From Caldisericia bacterium (lineage in GTDB: Bacteria > Caldisericota > Caldisericia > JAAYUI01): DNA of 64,000 nt. The stretch spans positions 1,600,001 through 1,664,000 of the forward strand of contig OY771555.1 in assembly GCA_963674785.1 (NCBI GenBank), written 5' to 3'. Under the pieces are notes generated by a model, which worked only from the letters and a program-made list of their open reading frames with translations, had not been told where the DNA came from and made no database searches. Below are positions 29,939 to 39,200 of this stretch, one piece after another. The first letter of the stretch is position 1. Each line of letters starts with the position of its first letter. A program made the position numbers and the translations under genes.

Positions 29939-30547
29939 ATGACATATCCTGTTAAGGCCTTTGATGAGCTTGTTGAGCAATTAAATAGGCTTCCTGGGAT
30001 TGGTCCCAAATCAGCAGAACGGCTTGCCATTTTTATTCTGGGAATGGAACCAGAAGAGGCGGTTCAGATTGGTGAAGCAGTCTCTTCACTTCACAGCCGA
30101 GTGACAAGATGTCCGAATTGTTTCAATATTTCAGATGGTGGACTGTGTAGCATTTGCTCAGACCCAAGGAGAGACAAGTCGGTAATCCTTGTTGTTGAGG
30201 AAATAAGGGATGTTTTGGCAATCGAACGCTCTGGAACATATGGTGGTCTTTACCATGTTCTTGGCGGGACAATAAGACTTTCATCAGGTGTCGGCCCCGA
30301 AAAACTCACAATCGATGCTCTTGTTAACAGAGTAAAAAAAGAGCGACCAGATGAGGTTATCCTTGCTACAAACCTCACCCACGAAGGCAATCTAACAGCC
30401 TTATATATTCAGCGTGAGCTATCTTCACAAAACTGTTTGATTACAAGAATAGCCTCTGGAATCCCTGCTGGTACTGAACTTGAATTTGCAGATGATCTTA
30501 CTCTTTCCCATTCAATCAAAGGAAGAGTTAATCTTGATAAGGAGTAA
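29939..30547 (+). CDS. recR: recombination mediator RecR
   Basis: LPGIGPKSAERLA, C4 zinc finger, YHVLGG, TOPRIM EVILATN...EG..TA. Confidence 0.96.
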   Translation: MTYPVKAFDELVEQLNRLPGIGPKSAERLAIFILGMEPEEAVQIGEAVSSLHSRVTRCPNCFNISDGGLCSICSDPRRDKSVILVVEEIRDVLAIERSGTYGGLYHVLGGTIRLSSGVGPEKLTIDALVNRVKKERPDEVILATNLTHEGNLTALYIQRELSSQNCLITRIASGIPAGTELEFADDLTLSHSIKGRVNLDKE

Positions 30548-30552
30548 AAATT

Positions 30553-32370
30553 ATGTGTGGAATCTTTGGAATTGTTTACGATAATGACAAAAAAGAGATG
30601 GGTAAAATTCTCACTGAGGCAGCAAAAAGCCTGACTTACAGAGGGTATGACTCGGTTGGTGCAGTTGCTGTAACAAAAGAGGGTGATGCTGACCTCAGGA
30701 AAGATGTGGGAAAAGTAGATGAGGTGGCGACCGAGCTTAGATTTGATGAACTCTCTGGAAACCGTGGAATCACACAGCTTAGATGGGCAACTTTTGGCGT
30801 TCCTGCACAAAGAAATGCACAGCCACATTTTGATACCCATCAAAAAATTGTTGGCGCACACAACGGGAATATTGTAAACACCGTTCACCTTATCAGAGAT
30901 TTGACAGCCAAGGGTCATGTTTTCAAAGGTGAAAACGATGGTGAGGTTGTCGTGCATGCGATCGAAGATGCATTCAATGACAACTCTGATTTGGATTTGT
31001 CAATCAGAGAAGCCAGAAAAATGCTTAAGGGTGACTACGCATTTGCAATTACTGCCCTTGGAAGCGATAAGATGTATTGCGCAAAGATGGGTAGCTCTCT
31101 TTACCTTGGTGTTGGTGACGGATTTGTTTGCACTTCTTCAGACCTTCCATCAATTCTAAATCTCACAAACAAGATTGTTCCACTCAACGATGGAGAGTAC
31201 GTTGAGTTTGATCACGATTCTTTTGAGATTCGCGATATGGATACAGGTAACAGAATTGAACGTGAACCACTTGATTCAGAGCTTTCAAAAGAGTCTGCAT
31301 CAAAAGGAGAATTTCCATTCTTTATGGAAAAAGAGATTCATGAACAACCAGAAAGAGCCCAGGCTTTGCTTGATTTCCTTGAAGAATCTGATGACCTTGT
31401 TCCGTTTGCAGAAGAGCTTGCAAACGCAAATAGGGTATATCTGATTGGCTCAGGATCATCATACAATGCTTGTGTTATTGGCTCGTATTACCTCAATAAA
31501 CTTGGAGGTTGTTCAACATTCCCAGTTGTTGCAAGTTCATTTATTGAGCATTTCGGTGAGAGCGTAAGACCCGATGATATCTTTGTTCTTGTTTCTCAGT
31601 CTGGTGAAACCAAGGATGTTATCAATGTTTTGAATAAATGCACTGAGTGGGGACTTCAGAACAATGTTCTCGGAATCGTTAACGTTCTTGGTTCAACTCT
31701 TATGATGAGATCAAGACGTTATCTTCCGCTTCTTTGCAATCTTGAAATTGCTGTTGCTGCCACAAAAACATTCATCAACCAGATTCTACTCTTCTTTGCT
31801 GTTGCAACAGAGGTTGCCAAAATCAATGGTAGAGCAGGACACCTTCCAGAGGTTCTCAAGCAAACACCACATGCAATCCAGGACACAATTGATAAAATGA
31901 GTGATCAGGCTCATGAGCTTGGAAAAAAATACAAGGATTGTGATGATATGTATATCCTTGGTTACGGAATCACATTTGGTTCGGCTCTTGAGGGCGCCCA
32001 GAAGATCAAGGAGATTTCATACGCTCATTGCGAGGGAATGTACTCTGCTGAATTCAAACACGGCCCACTTGCAATCATTACAAAAGACTACCCTGTTCTT
32101 TATCTCTCAACAACTGAGGATGAACATATGACACTCTCACATATTAATGAGGTCACATGTAGACACGGAGCCGCAATTACAATTGCACCAAAATCCGATC
32201 TCCTTGAGAAGAATTCTACTCATTTCTATGAGCTGCCATATTCTGATTATTCTCTTGTGCCAATCTTGTCTGTTGTGTTTACACAGTTATTCTCGTATTA
32301 TCTTACTGTTGAAAAAGGATATGATCCTGATTATCCGAGAAATTGCAGTAAGACAATTACCGTTGACTAG
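30553..32370 (+). CDS. glmS: glutamine--fructose-6-phosphate transaminase (divergent)
   Basis: MCGIFG, YRGYDS, RWAT.G, HNG, SQSGET, AVAATK, EGA.K.KE, EFKHGPLA, PRN..K..TV. Confidence 0.88.
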   Translation: MCGIFGIVYDNDKKEMGKILTEAAKSLTYRGYDSVGAVAVTKEGDADLRKDVGKVDEVATELRFDELSGNRGITQLRWATFGVPAQRNAQPHFDTHQKIVGAHNGNIVNTVHLIRDLTAKGHVFKGENDGEVVVHAIEDAFNDNSDLDLSIREARKMLKGDYAFAITALGSDKMYCAKMGSSLYLGVGDGFVCTSSDLPSILNLTNKIVPLNDGEYVEFDHDSFEIRDMDTGNRIEREPLDSELSKESASKGEFPFFMEKEIHEQPERAQALLDFLEESDDLVPFAEELANANRVYLIGSGSSYNACVIGSYYLNKLGGCSTFPVVASSFIEHFGESVRPDDIFVLVSQSGETKDVINVLNKCTEWGLQNNVLGIVNVLGSTLMMRSRRYLPLLCNLEIAVAATKTFINQILLFFAVATEVAKINGRAGHLPEVLKQTPHAIQDTIDKMSDQAHELGKKYKDCDDMYILGYGITFGSALEGAQKIKEISYAHCEGMYSAEFKHGPLAIITKDYPVLYLSTTEDEHMTLSHINEVTCRHGAAITIAPKSDLLEKNSTHFYELPYSDYSLVPILSVVFTQLFSYYLTVEKGYDPDYPRNCSKTITVD

Positions 32371-32388
32371 ATAGTTTTTGGAGGATAC

Positions 32389-33321
32389 ATGCCAGAACAG
32401 ATACCAACAAGATTTGGATATAGCGATGCGCTTTTAGAGCTTGGTGAAAAAGACGACAGAATTGTTGTTCTTGATGCAGACCTTGCAAAATCAACGACCT
32501 CAATAAGATTCAAGGAAAGATTTCCTGACAGATTTTTTCAGATGGGGATTGCCGAACAAAACATGCTAAATGTTGCAGCAGGTCTCTCGATTGCTGGAAA
32601 AATTCCATTTGCTTCGAGTTATGGTGTTTTTGTTACGGGTCGTGCATGGGAACAGATTCGAACAATGATCTCTTACTCGAACCTCAATGTCAACTTTGCT
32701 GGTCATGCTGGAATTTCTGTCGGACCAGATGGTGCGACACATCAGGCACTCGAAGACATAGCGATAATTTCAGTTATCCCGAATACTTCTGTGTTTGTTC
32801 CATGTGACCATATCGAAACAAAAAAAGCCACAATGGTCGCTGCTTATAATCCTGGCCCAAGTTTTATAAGGTTTGGTAGAGCACCAGTGCCTGTGATCAC
32901 AAGCGAAGATGCTCCATTTGAATTTGGAAAAGCAAATGTTCTTCGTGAGGGCAATGATGTAACAATTGTTGCTTGTGGAATAATGGTAAACGAAGCGTTA
33001 ATTGCAGCTGACAATCTCAAATCGAAGGGTGTGAGTGCCGAGGTAATCAATCTCCATACTGTAAAACCAATGGATGAGGAGACAATTCTTGCGTCTGCTA
33101 AAAGAACAGGAAGAGTTGTTAGTGCTGAAGAGCATCAGCTTATACTTGGTGTTGGTTCAATGGTTTCATCACTCCTTGCAAGAAAACACCCTGTTCCAAT
33201 GGAGATGGTTGGTATGCCAAACAGATTCGGTGAATCGGGCGAACCAAATGAGTTGCTCGCGGAGTTTGGATGCACATCATGCAATATCTTTGATGCCGTT
33301 GAGAAGGTTATGAGAAGATAG
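32389..33321 (+). CDS. transketolase, C-terminal (pyrimidine-binding) subunit
   Basis: LDADL..ST, GIAEQN, GPDGATHQ, EEH....G.G, FGESG. Confidence 0.9.
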   Translation: MPEQIPTRFGYSDALLELGEKDDRIVVLDADLAKSTTSIRFKERFPDRFFQMGIAEQNMLNVAAGLSIAGKIPFASSYGVFVTGRAWEQIRTMISYSNLNVNFAGHAGISVGPDGATHQALEDIAIISVIPNTSVFVPCDHIETKKATMVAAYNPGPSFIRFGRAPVPVITSEDAPFEFGKANVLREGNDVTIVACGIMVNEALIAADNLKSKGVSAEVINLHTVKPMDEETILASAKRTGRVVSAEEHQLILGVGSMVSSLLARKHPVPMEMVGMPNRFGESGEPNELLAEFGCTSCNIFDAVEKVMRR

Positions 33322-33331
33322 TTGGAATTGG

Positions 33332-35659
33332 CTATTTAAAGGTCTCTACAACATAATTTCCGTCATCAATTATTATTGATATTGCACCGTAATTAGCGGT
33401 TGAAAGCACTGGGATATTTTGTTTCTCCAGTGCTTTTTCGGTTTTTAGGTTTGCACCAGTTCCAACTTTTGCTGCATCTGAATTGATAGCCAGTTTCGGG
33501 TTTACTTTTGTAAACCATGATGGAACCATGTTATTCCACCCTCCATGATGCGGAATCTTGACTATATCACAATCGAGATCTTTGAAATTTTCTATTTCAA
33601 ACCTCATCGCCTCTTCATGAATGTCGCCTGTCATAAATATTTTCACGCCTTCTATTTCAAGTATCCCTGCAACACTTCCATCGTTTGTTTGTGATTTTGA
33701 TTTTTCAATCGTTTCTTTATCAGGTGGTCCGAAGAATCTGAAGGATGTTTTTGAGTCGAGGTTTATCTTCTGTCCATATTCAGGAATAAGCGTCTTTTGA
33801 CTCCTTTTTATTAGGATACTAGATAAATCCTCTGAGCTAAACGTGTTGCTTTTTATTCCAGATTTTATATATGTTCCAACAGGAAACTCCGAGAGTACTG
33901 AGTACATACCACCGATATGATCCTGGTCTTGATGTGTTTCGATTACATAGTCGAGTTTGTTGATTCCTTTGTATCTTAAGAATGGCACGACAATTGTTGA
34001 TCCAGGGTTGAATGTGGAATATGGTGACGCCCCACCAGCATCAATTAACATTGTGGTTCCTTCTTTTGTGATTATGACACAAGAATCTCCGTGACCCACA
34101 TCAAGGAAATAAACCTCGGAGTTTGCTGGGTGATTTTTTCCGACAAACATGCCTGCCGTAAAAGAAATAAAGATTACAAGCATCACTTGAACCGCAATTC
34201 GATACTTTTGCTTTCTGAATTTTTCTGGTGGATTGAATCTGAGATATAGCAGGATGACTGTTACATAATAAGGAATCCACAAAAGCAACGGAAACACACC
34301 GGTCGAAACAACTGCCCAGAGTGGTGTTGAAAGCATTTTTAATCCAGATTTCAGAAGTATCAAGAGTGGCCATGAAAGCCAGCAAATAAATGCTCCGAGG
34401 GGTGGAATTATGACTCCGAGAATTGATGCGATTGCTCCCATTGGTATGAGAATCGTCGCAATTGGAATTGCTATAATGTTTGCAATCGGTGAGACTATTG
34501 AAAAATAGTGAAAGTGGTAGGCAAGGATGGGGATTGTAAGGATGTTTATCAGAACAGAGACCGCAATAATACTTAACAGATTTGAATACCAATTGTTATT
34601 TTTGAATCGTTTGTGAATTATCGGGTAGCCAATAAACAAAGCAAAACTCGATACGAAGGATAATTGAAAACCGATTGAATAGATACTTCTCGGATTCAGA
34701 AGTAAGATTATAATTACCGCACAGGCAAGCCCTGACCCCTTAGAATATGTCCGACCCAGAAGCATCCCTCCAAGTGTTAGGATGGCAAGAATGAATGCTC
34801 TTGTGATGGATGGGGTGAATCCAACGATTAGTGCGAAGACTATTGCAATTCCAATCCCAAAAAATATTGCGATCTTTTTGTTGCCAAAGATATACATCAC
34901 AAATAAGTAACCAGAGAATATGATTATCGAGATATGAAACCCGGACGCTGCAAGGATGTGAGATGTTCCCGATCTAGTAAAGATTGATTCTATCTCATCA
35001 GTTAGTTCGCGTTTACCAAATGTCATTCCAGAAAGCATTTTTGCGTATTCATCTGGGAGGTTGTCAGAAAATACTGAGGTTGCCCTTTCGCGCAAAAGAA
35101 GACCAAACTTCTTGAGTGAAAATCCACCTTCTTTGATGATAATGGGTTCATCATAATCCTTTATGTATCCAGGGATTCCAAGGGAATCAAGATATTTTTT
35201 AAAATCAAATTGACCAGGGTTGGTTGCACCTTTTGCTATGTAAAATGTGCCAGAAAGTTCTATTTGGTCAGCAATTTTTATATTTGTTGACTTGGTGTAA
35301 CATCTAAGAATGGTGCCTTCTAAGCCGTCTGGTTTTGAAGATACAACCTTTATGTGAAAGACTGATCTTTCTGTGCTGGATTCGACAATGGATGTAATAG
35401 TTCCTTTAATTTCAAAGCCCGATCCAGTAAAACTTTCAAATCGGTTATAGCTATCGCCTGTCGAGAAGCATGATAAAAGCAAACTTATTGCCAAAAATGC
35501 TGTGAAAAACTTTATTAGATCAACTTTTTTAATTGGAAGAATCACGAATGAAAAAAGAATTAGAGAAATTGATACAACGATAAGCGGGTTAATTCTTGTG
35601 TTTAAGCCAATGATTACACCGAGAACTGTACCAAAAGCTGAAACTATGGCTGGCTTCAT
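33332..35659 (-). CDS. comEC: DNA internalization competence protein ComEC/Rec2
   Basis: NPGQFD, G.SH.LA.SG.H, PS..RA, GFQLSF, FLDVGHGD, MBL HQDQDH.GG, K.PHHG. Confidence 0.93.
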   Translation of the reverse strand: MKPAIVSAFGTVLGVIIGLNTRINPLIVVSISLILFSFVILPIKKVDLIKFFTAFLAISLLLSCFSTGDSYNRFESFTGSGFEIKGTITSIVESSTERSVFHIKVVSSKPDGLEGTILRCYTKSTNIKIADQIELSGTFYIAKGATNPGQFDFKKYLDSLGIPGYIKDYDEPIIIKEGGFSLKKFGLLLRERATSVFSDNLPDEYAKMLSGMTFGKRELTDEIESIFTRSGTSHILAASGFHISIIIFSGYLFVMYIFGNKKIAIFFGIGIAIVFALIVGFTPSITRAFILAILTLGGMLLGRTYSKGSGLACAVIIILLLNPRSIYSIGFQLSFVSSFALFIGYPIIHKRFKNNNWYSNLLSIIAVSVLINILTIPILAYHFHYFSIVSPIANIIAIPIATILIPMGAIASILGVIIPPLGAFICWLSWPLLILLKSGLKMLSTPLWAVVSTGVFPLLLWIPYYVTVILLYLRFNPPEKFRKQKYRIAVQVMLVIFISFTAGMFVGKNHPANSEVYFLDVGHGDSCVIITKEGTTMLIDAGGASPYSTFNPGSTIVVPFLRYKGINKLDYVIETHQDQDHIGGMYSVLSEFPVGTYIKSGIKSNTFSSEDLSSILIKRSQKTLIPEYGQKINLDSKTSFRFFGPPDKETIEKSKSQTNDGSVAGILEIEGVKIFMTGDIHEEAMRFEIENFKDLDCDIVKIPHHGGWNNMVPSWFTKVNPKLAINSDAAKVGTGANLKTEKALEKQNIPVLSTANYGAISIIIDDGNYVVETFK

Positions 35660-36246
35660 TTAATGTGGAAGTTTTCTCTTAGTCGTTCGACTGTTTTGGG
35701 GCCAACGCCTTTTAGGCTTAACAGTTCATCGAAGTTTGTGATTTTGTTCTTTTGTACGTGCTTGAAAACTGCATCTGCAGCATTCACTGAAACATACGGA
35801 ATTTTATCTATCTGGTCAAAGGTTGCGTCGAAAATTGAAATATCTCCAAAACCATCTTTGTATTCTTTTGAGCCAAGATTGGGGGCTATCTCTGATTTGA
35901 TCGGGGTTTCTATACTTGATAAATCAATACTTGTTGAGGTTGTTGTTTCTATGTCTTCAATTTTTTTGAAGTCATAATCAAACTTATTTTTAAGTGCATT
36001 TGACAGTTCCAGCTTTAGAGGAGTAAGTTCACTTATCCTTAAGTATGACTGTGTTTTGTTAGTGTATTCATCAAGCTTTATCCATCCAAGGGAAGCTGAT
36101 GCACTTGTTGCTCTTTCAAAGCTCTTTTCGGATTTATTGGGATTAGCAGAATCTGAAAGCATAATCCCAATAATAATTCCAATTGCTATACCGGCTGTTG
36201 CGCCGGTCAAAATCCATTTGAATTTTACGTCTTTTAAGTTTAACAC
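35656..36246 (-). CDS. ComEA-like membrane-anchored helix-hairpin-helix DNA-binding protein
   Basis: N-terminal TM; C-terminal AT..Q...IP and F.ELLSLKGVGPKTVERL; ATGA-coupled to comEC. Confidence 0.75.
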   Translation of the reverse strand: MLNLKDVKFKWILTGATAGIAIGIIIGIMLSDSANPNKSEKSFERATSASASLGWIKLDEYTNKTQSYLRISELTPLKLELSNALKNKFDYDFKKIEDIETTTSTSIDLSSIETPIKSEIAPNLGSKEYKDGFGDISIFDATFDQIDKIPYVSVNAADAVFKHVQKNKITNFDELLSLKGVGPKTVERLRENFHIK

Positions 36247-36249
36247 CGA

Positions 36250-39200
36250 TTAGGGAGTGAATGTGAGAACAATCTTTTTTTCAGCTGCAATCCAGTCAAC
36301 ATTTGCTCCAAGGGATTCTGTGACAAACCTAAGAGGTAACATCGTTTTACTATTTACGATTGCAGGATAAAGCTTGTGCGAGTCATCAATCCAAACAGTT
36401 TCCCCGTCAACTTTTGCCTGTGTTTTTCCAATCCAAAGCTCAATACTCTTTGTTTTTCCGTTAATGTTTTGGTCGAGAGTAACTTTTCTTTCATCGCCGA
36501 CCCATCCAACTGTTACATAAAGAGCTTCCGCTACCTCTCTGATTGGCATGTATGTATTTCCTGCAAGTTCAGCAGGAAGTGGTGGCGAGCTTAAAACTGG
36601 TGCCTGAGGAAGAGTCAAGACTTCGCCATTTACCACCATTGAGTTCTTTCCAATCCAAAGCTCAATTGTTATTGACCTGGTAAGAATAAGCTTGAATTCT
36701 ACAGTCGTTTTCCTGCCCATTCTGTCTGTTGCTTCAAGTGTGATGATGTTTTCACCAGAGTCCAGCGTGATTGTTTTTTTGAATTCGTTGAATTCGCTAA
36801 GCTCTACTTGTTCTCCGTTCACATATGTTTCAGATGCTTCGTCTACCCATCCCTCAATCTCGATTGTTGCTTCATTGACTGTCTGACCATCTTTGAAGTT
36901 TGATATTCCAATCATTGGCGGAGTGCTATCTCTATTGATAATTATTTTTTTTGCGCTTGAAGTTCCAGTTTCGTCTTTCGCTATGATTACGAAAGTGTTG
37001 GGTCCTTCTCTTAATCTTGCTGAATACTCCCAAACACCTTCGCCAGTTAGTTTGATCTCTCTTCCATTTATTGAGAGAGACACAGGGTAGTCGGGATCGA
37101 CACTTTTTGCTGAACCTTTGATGATATAGTTTTCTTGGTCAACATATGCACCGTCATCGGCCTCAACGGTTAAAAGAGGTGGGGGAAGGTGAGAGATAAC
37201 ATCTATCTCCTGATGAGTACAACCTATATTTGAAAGGACGGAGTTGCCGTTTGGGTCAGTGGCTATAACATCACAAACCTCAATGCTTGTGCCTTTCTTT
37301 GTTACACCTTTAATACCTCTCATAACAACTGTGCAAAGCTTGCCTTTTCCGATTGCGACATCGCCGCTAATCTGAACGGTTATTTTCCCTTCAACTGATC
37401 TATCAAGGAAGTTGAATGATGAGTCAGAATAAACAAAGAAATCTCCAGCTTCATGATGGGTTACTGTTAAAATTGTTGGGTCGTATCTTACTGAAAACTG
37501 GATACTAGCAATCTCCATTGGAGAGTTGATCATGATGTCAACATTTGAACTGTGGCAAGCTTCGTTTTCTGAACAACTTATGATCTTAAGAGGAGATGCC
37601 GCAATCAAAACCTTTGCGTATTGAACGTCAACCTGGATGAGAGATTGATGTTCAATCTCTTCGCCAAAACTGGTGATACCTTTTGCAACCAGGCACAGGT
37701 TGTAATTGTCCACCTGGAGTTTGTCTCCTCCTGTGACTGTGACGTTTGTTTCAAATGGGGGAACACCGTTTGATGGACTAAATTCGACTTTTAAAGAAGG
37801 GTTTCCTGTGCAATCGGTTAGTGTCACTGGACCCGAAAACTCATTGATGGGATCGATTGTTATTTTGAATTCTTTTGTTTGACCTTTTGTGATTTCAACT
37901 CTATTTATATCTGGTTCAAATGTAAAATCTGGTGGAAGCCTTGGGATGGTTGTAACACTTACTAGATTATGTTTTTTGTCGTTTTCGTGGGTGCTTGTGA
38001 TGATGTCAAATGAAGCCTCGATGCCCGGCTCAGCATCTGCAGGTGGTGCTGTTTTAATGGAAATTGTTTTGCTTTCAAATGGTGAGAGATTAAGCATAAA
38101 GTCATCGATATCCGTTTCCACACCATCGATCTCGATAACATAGTCCCATCCATCAGCAGTGAACTCAGGAAGACATGAAAGGTCTAGTATATGGCTTGAA
38201 GTGTTTGTAACTCTGTATTGAAGTTCAGTATCACCTCCAACCTCAAGATTAACGACGTCGTTTACCCTTATTATTTCGTATGAGTTGATGACTGGTTGGT
38301 TATGGAATTTAGATATTGTTGTTTGGAGAACTGATTTTGAGCCATTGTTTTGTACCCAGACCACAAGTCCTGCGTTTTTTATGTTTACATAATCTGGAAT
38401 TTCAAGCTCCATCTGTCGTGTGAAGAGTTTACCTTCAACCAATTCAATCTCTTCGCCCAGTGGACTTGTATACATCTCACGAACTATCAGATTGTGCCAT
38501 TCGTCTGTATTCATTGCAGGGAATTCGATGTTATCCTCAGTTAAAACTACATACAGGTTTAGGTTCTTATTATTTGAAAGAGACTCTTTAAGTTCTATTT
38601 CGATGTTTGCTTTAATTGTTCTTCCATCAATCTTGGTGTCTGTAAAGATAGATATTGGAGCGGGGTTGGCAACAGTATTTAGTAGTTCTGTTTTGTATCT
38701 GTTATAGGTGTAAGTCGTACCAGAGAATTTGTCACATGATTGTTTATCTTCTGGTGGATCTTTTTTCTCCTCGTGATTATCTCCACCAACAACCGAATTC
38801 ATACCATCGAAGAATGTTGTTGGAAGACCCTGTCCAGGATACCATTTGTAACGTTTATCAGCGGGTGGATAATAAAGATATGCTTCGTCGATTTTTGGTG
38901 TTTCAACGTAATAGTTGAGCCACACAATATCTGTATTGCCGTATTCTTCAACAAGCCTTTCGGCGGCTCTGTGCGCATATGGACAGTTGATACACCATTC
39001 AGCAGTGTATGTCTCACCAAGTACAGTTCGAGGTTCGGTTTCTTGGCTTGCAGAAACAACCAACGAGAAGGTTGTGTAGGTTTCGTATTTTAACTTTGGT
39101 GTTTCACCTTTGAGTGTGATTGTGTATATTCCTGGAGTGATTCCATCTGAAGACCTTATTGAGAGTATACTCTCAGTACTATCTCCACTTTTGAGTTTGA

